Assembly: GCA_973895155.1 (NCBI GenBank)
Contig: OZ316891.1
Span: forward strand, 1,975,324 to 2,039,323
Reading direction: 5' to 3'
Length of the DNA stretch: 64,000 nt
DNA from: Marsupella aquatica
Taxonomy: Eukaryota; Plantae; Marchantiophyta
Part shown: positions 61,660-64,000 of the stretch, one piece after another
Layout of the letters: each line of letters starts with the position of its first letter
How positions within the stretch are numbered: the stretch's first letter is position 1
Notes under the pieces: model-generated
What the model saw: the letters and a program-made list of their open reading frames with translations, nothing else
What the model was told of the DNA's origin: nothing
Databases searched by the model: none
Translations under genes and position numbers: made by a program

Positions 61660-63664
61660 AGCTAAAGACTTTCAATCTCACTCTGCAAATTCTGTGCACT
61701 ATCGTACCCGTAGGACATCTGAAATCACGAATGACCTGTGCAGTGAGGTCCCAGTAGCCTTGCCCCAAAAACTCCCGCAAAAAACCTTACGCATGCCAAT
61801 TGGATTCCATTAACGTCGTTTCCCACATTGGTCATATACGTCTAACATCGCCCAACATCCATTATACGTCGTCATAGCATAGTATCCGTTATAGCCACGT
61901 CAAAAACGACGTACATCTATACGTCGACCCAACCCTATTCTGCTACACCGTCTGGGACGACGTCTACATGTTTGCCTCGTTATAAAAGACGTAAATAGCC
62001 CTATTGGGAGATACGTTAAATTAAAGACCCTCTAGACGACGTAAAATGGGAAGGAAAGTCAAATGGGTAAACCCATTTTGGGTTACGACGTAGAGGGAGA
62101 TGTACTGGGGAGTAACGTCGTGTCACATGACGCGAAAGGAAGTCACGACGTAGTGAAATGTAGTTGTGGGTTAAATACACAACCCTCGGTGTATTCAAGT
62201 CACTTAATGATATTCTCCATTGTAGAGAGGAAGTAAAAGGGGAAGGGGTGTATCAGCGGTGCCCCCAAAACCAGTAGCAGCACCAGCACCGACAAGCAAC
62301 CCCTCCCAGGTATGTCTTGATGTACCAGGCTAATTTCCTTATCAAACTGCTTTGCAGGGAGTGAATACACAACCCTCACTGTCTTCTATGTCAATTAATA
62401 ATTTTGTTCATTGTAGGGAGGAAGACAAAGGGGAAGGGATGTGTCAGCAATGTCCTCAGCACCAGTGGCACTAGCAATCCCAGTACCAGCTACCAACCCC
62501 TCCAAGGTACGCCTTTGTGTCTTAGGCCACATAATTGAATTCCTTCTCATCAGCGGCGTCCAATTGTTGAGTAATGTGAATACCTCTTTGTCAATGTATT
62601 TTGATGTTGCTTTGGATTGTAGGAAGGGCAACAACGGGAAAAGGCAAGCAAAAGGCGAAAAGGAAAGGGAAATTTGGTGGAGCAATCCCTTGCACCTGCC
62701 CCAACCCCTATCCCAACAAATGAACACTCAGCCCCTGTCCCTGTAACAACACCAACACATGCACCTGCCGGTATCCCTGGACCACCACTAGCACATGCCC
62801 CTACACCAGGACCAGCAGAAGCACCAGCCCCTATACCAGTGCCAACACCAGGCCCTGCACCGGCTACGAACTCCTCACAGGTGCAGCAGCAAAATTCCTC
62901 TGCTTCATTGTGGAATGTGAATACCTCTTTGTCCATGTATTCTAATGTCTTTGTGGGTTGTAGGTACCACAAGGAGGAGCTGCTTTGTCCTTAGTACCTG
63001 TTCTTGTCTCAAGGAAGAGGAAGGAGGCCTCTAAATCAAGCAAGGGTATGAGCCAGGCATTGCAAGTTGTTCCTCTATTGGCAGTCAACCCCAAAACAAA
63101 AGTTGTGTTTTTGCACCCCGAAGATGATGACTTAGCAACATCAGAAGTTGAAGACAGAGTGAGAGGCAAGCCAAAGCGAAGTAAAATTGCGACAAGTAGA
63201 GGGGGGGCAAGGGAGAGGAAGAGGAGCACAGTCTTCTACTCAACCAACTCCCTTGCATGAAATCCAGCTAGATGATGGTGACAATGTAGACACATTTGGG
63301 CCATCACAACTTTTGCATGACTCCCAAATGACTGCTTCACAAGATACATTCAGGGAGGTTATTGACCAACTCCCGCACCCTTCCCAGTATGCTGACTGAG
63401 CGTGGACACCCTTCCCGTGTGGTACTAAGCCATTTTTGTGGTAGCTTCAATGGTCTTTAGATGCAATGTAGCTTGAGGTAGCTTCAAATACAATGTAGCT
63501 TCATTGGAAGGCAAGGAGGCCCATGATACATCTACACTGCAAGGTCACAACTCGACTTGCAACTTGTACTGGAAACATTTATGAATAAAAAGCAAGTTGC
63601 ATTCACTGTGTTCTGATGTATAAAAGTTATTCATTCTGCTGGATACTACCTTCAGTTTGCACCT

Positions 63665-64000
63665 TCAGTTTTGGAAGACATTGTCCACATTGTCGACAGG
63701 ATATTTCGCTTGAAGAAGCCATTTGAGCAGGGGTAAATGACCGTGGATGTTGTGGGTTTTGGAAGACATTGTCCATATAGTCTTCGCACCACACTTAGCC
63801 ATTTTTCCAATGATAGGATATTTTGCTTGAAGAAGCCATTTGAGCAGGGGTAAATGGTGGATGTTGTGAGTTTTGGAAGACATTGTCCATATAGTCTTCG
63901 CACCACACTTAGCCATTTTTCCAACGACAGGATATTTTGCTTGAAGAAGCCATTTGAGCAGGGGTAAATGGTGGATGTTGTGAGTTTTGGAAGACATTGT
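63665..64000. repeat. Tandem repeat of a 114-bp unit, continuing past the window end
   Basis: ggaagacattgt at 63673, 63761, 63875 and 63989 (114-bp period; first unit truncated). Confidence 0.92.

Larger units (their letters stand above)
51116..62168 (+). mobile_element. CACTA-superfamily transposon 2 with CACAA termini, 11053 bp
   Basis: 13-bp TIR CACAACTACATTT...AAATGTAGTTGTG; GGT TSD at 51113-51115 and 62169-62171; the reconstructed empty site tttgcaggggttaaatacacaaccctc matches the paralogous unit at about 62351; TnpD inside; ACGT-core subterminal repeats. Confidence 0.92.
48384..63399 (+). pseudogene. Multi-exon gene of unknown function with a C2H2-like finger, acidic repeats and duplicated Pro-rich exon-intron modules, split by CACTA-2
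   Basis: FVCIAGDHKPRSFSSFAGFQTHMDVTH; the frame continues past the TAG at 49151 to a GT donor at 49311; repeated small exons ending ccctccag|gt from 49944 to 62880; last exon about 62965-63399. Confidence 0.5.
46298..63620 (+). mobile_element. Probable Mutator-like or other large TE hosting CACTA-2; right end not seen
   Basis: Begins GGGATATGCTCAATAGACCCCCT with repeated agccccct motifs resembling a MULE TIR; internal duplications and a decayed multi-exon ORF; no transposase or partner TIR in the window. Confidence 0.35.

Overview
Land-plant nuclear DNA (spliceosomal GT-AG introns; probably a non-seed plant such as a bryophyte, which is an inference). Six host genes are recognisable: a PIRL-type LRR protein, CHR8/CSB (ERCC6-like SNF2 ATPase), intronless RFT1, intronless homogentisate solanesyltransferase, mitochondrial-type ribosomal protein L15 with a frameshifted first exon, and an EF-hand/CML protein. 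They are interspersed with nested transposons. A complete but decayed Ty1-copia element (11191-25418, 344-bp LTRs, CATTG TSD) is split by an 8.3-kb CACTA element (15430-23729, TTT TSD). A second, very divergent 11-kb CACTA-superfamily element with CACAA termini (51116-62168, GGT TSD) sits inside a probable Mutator-like element. The standout feature is that both CACTA elements share the same unusual layout. An intact SET-domain (lysine methyltransferase-fold) terminal exon lies inside the first intron of the TnpD transposase, so one shared first exon can splice in phase to either SET or transposase. A TnpA/Ptta-like gene is transcribed divergently, and element-specific CpG-containing motifs cluster at the ends and in introns. 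Element 2 also carries a BRCT-domain ORF. This suggests a transposon-encoded chromatin-modifying (anti-silencing or self-regulatory) system, which is inferred and untested.
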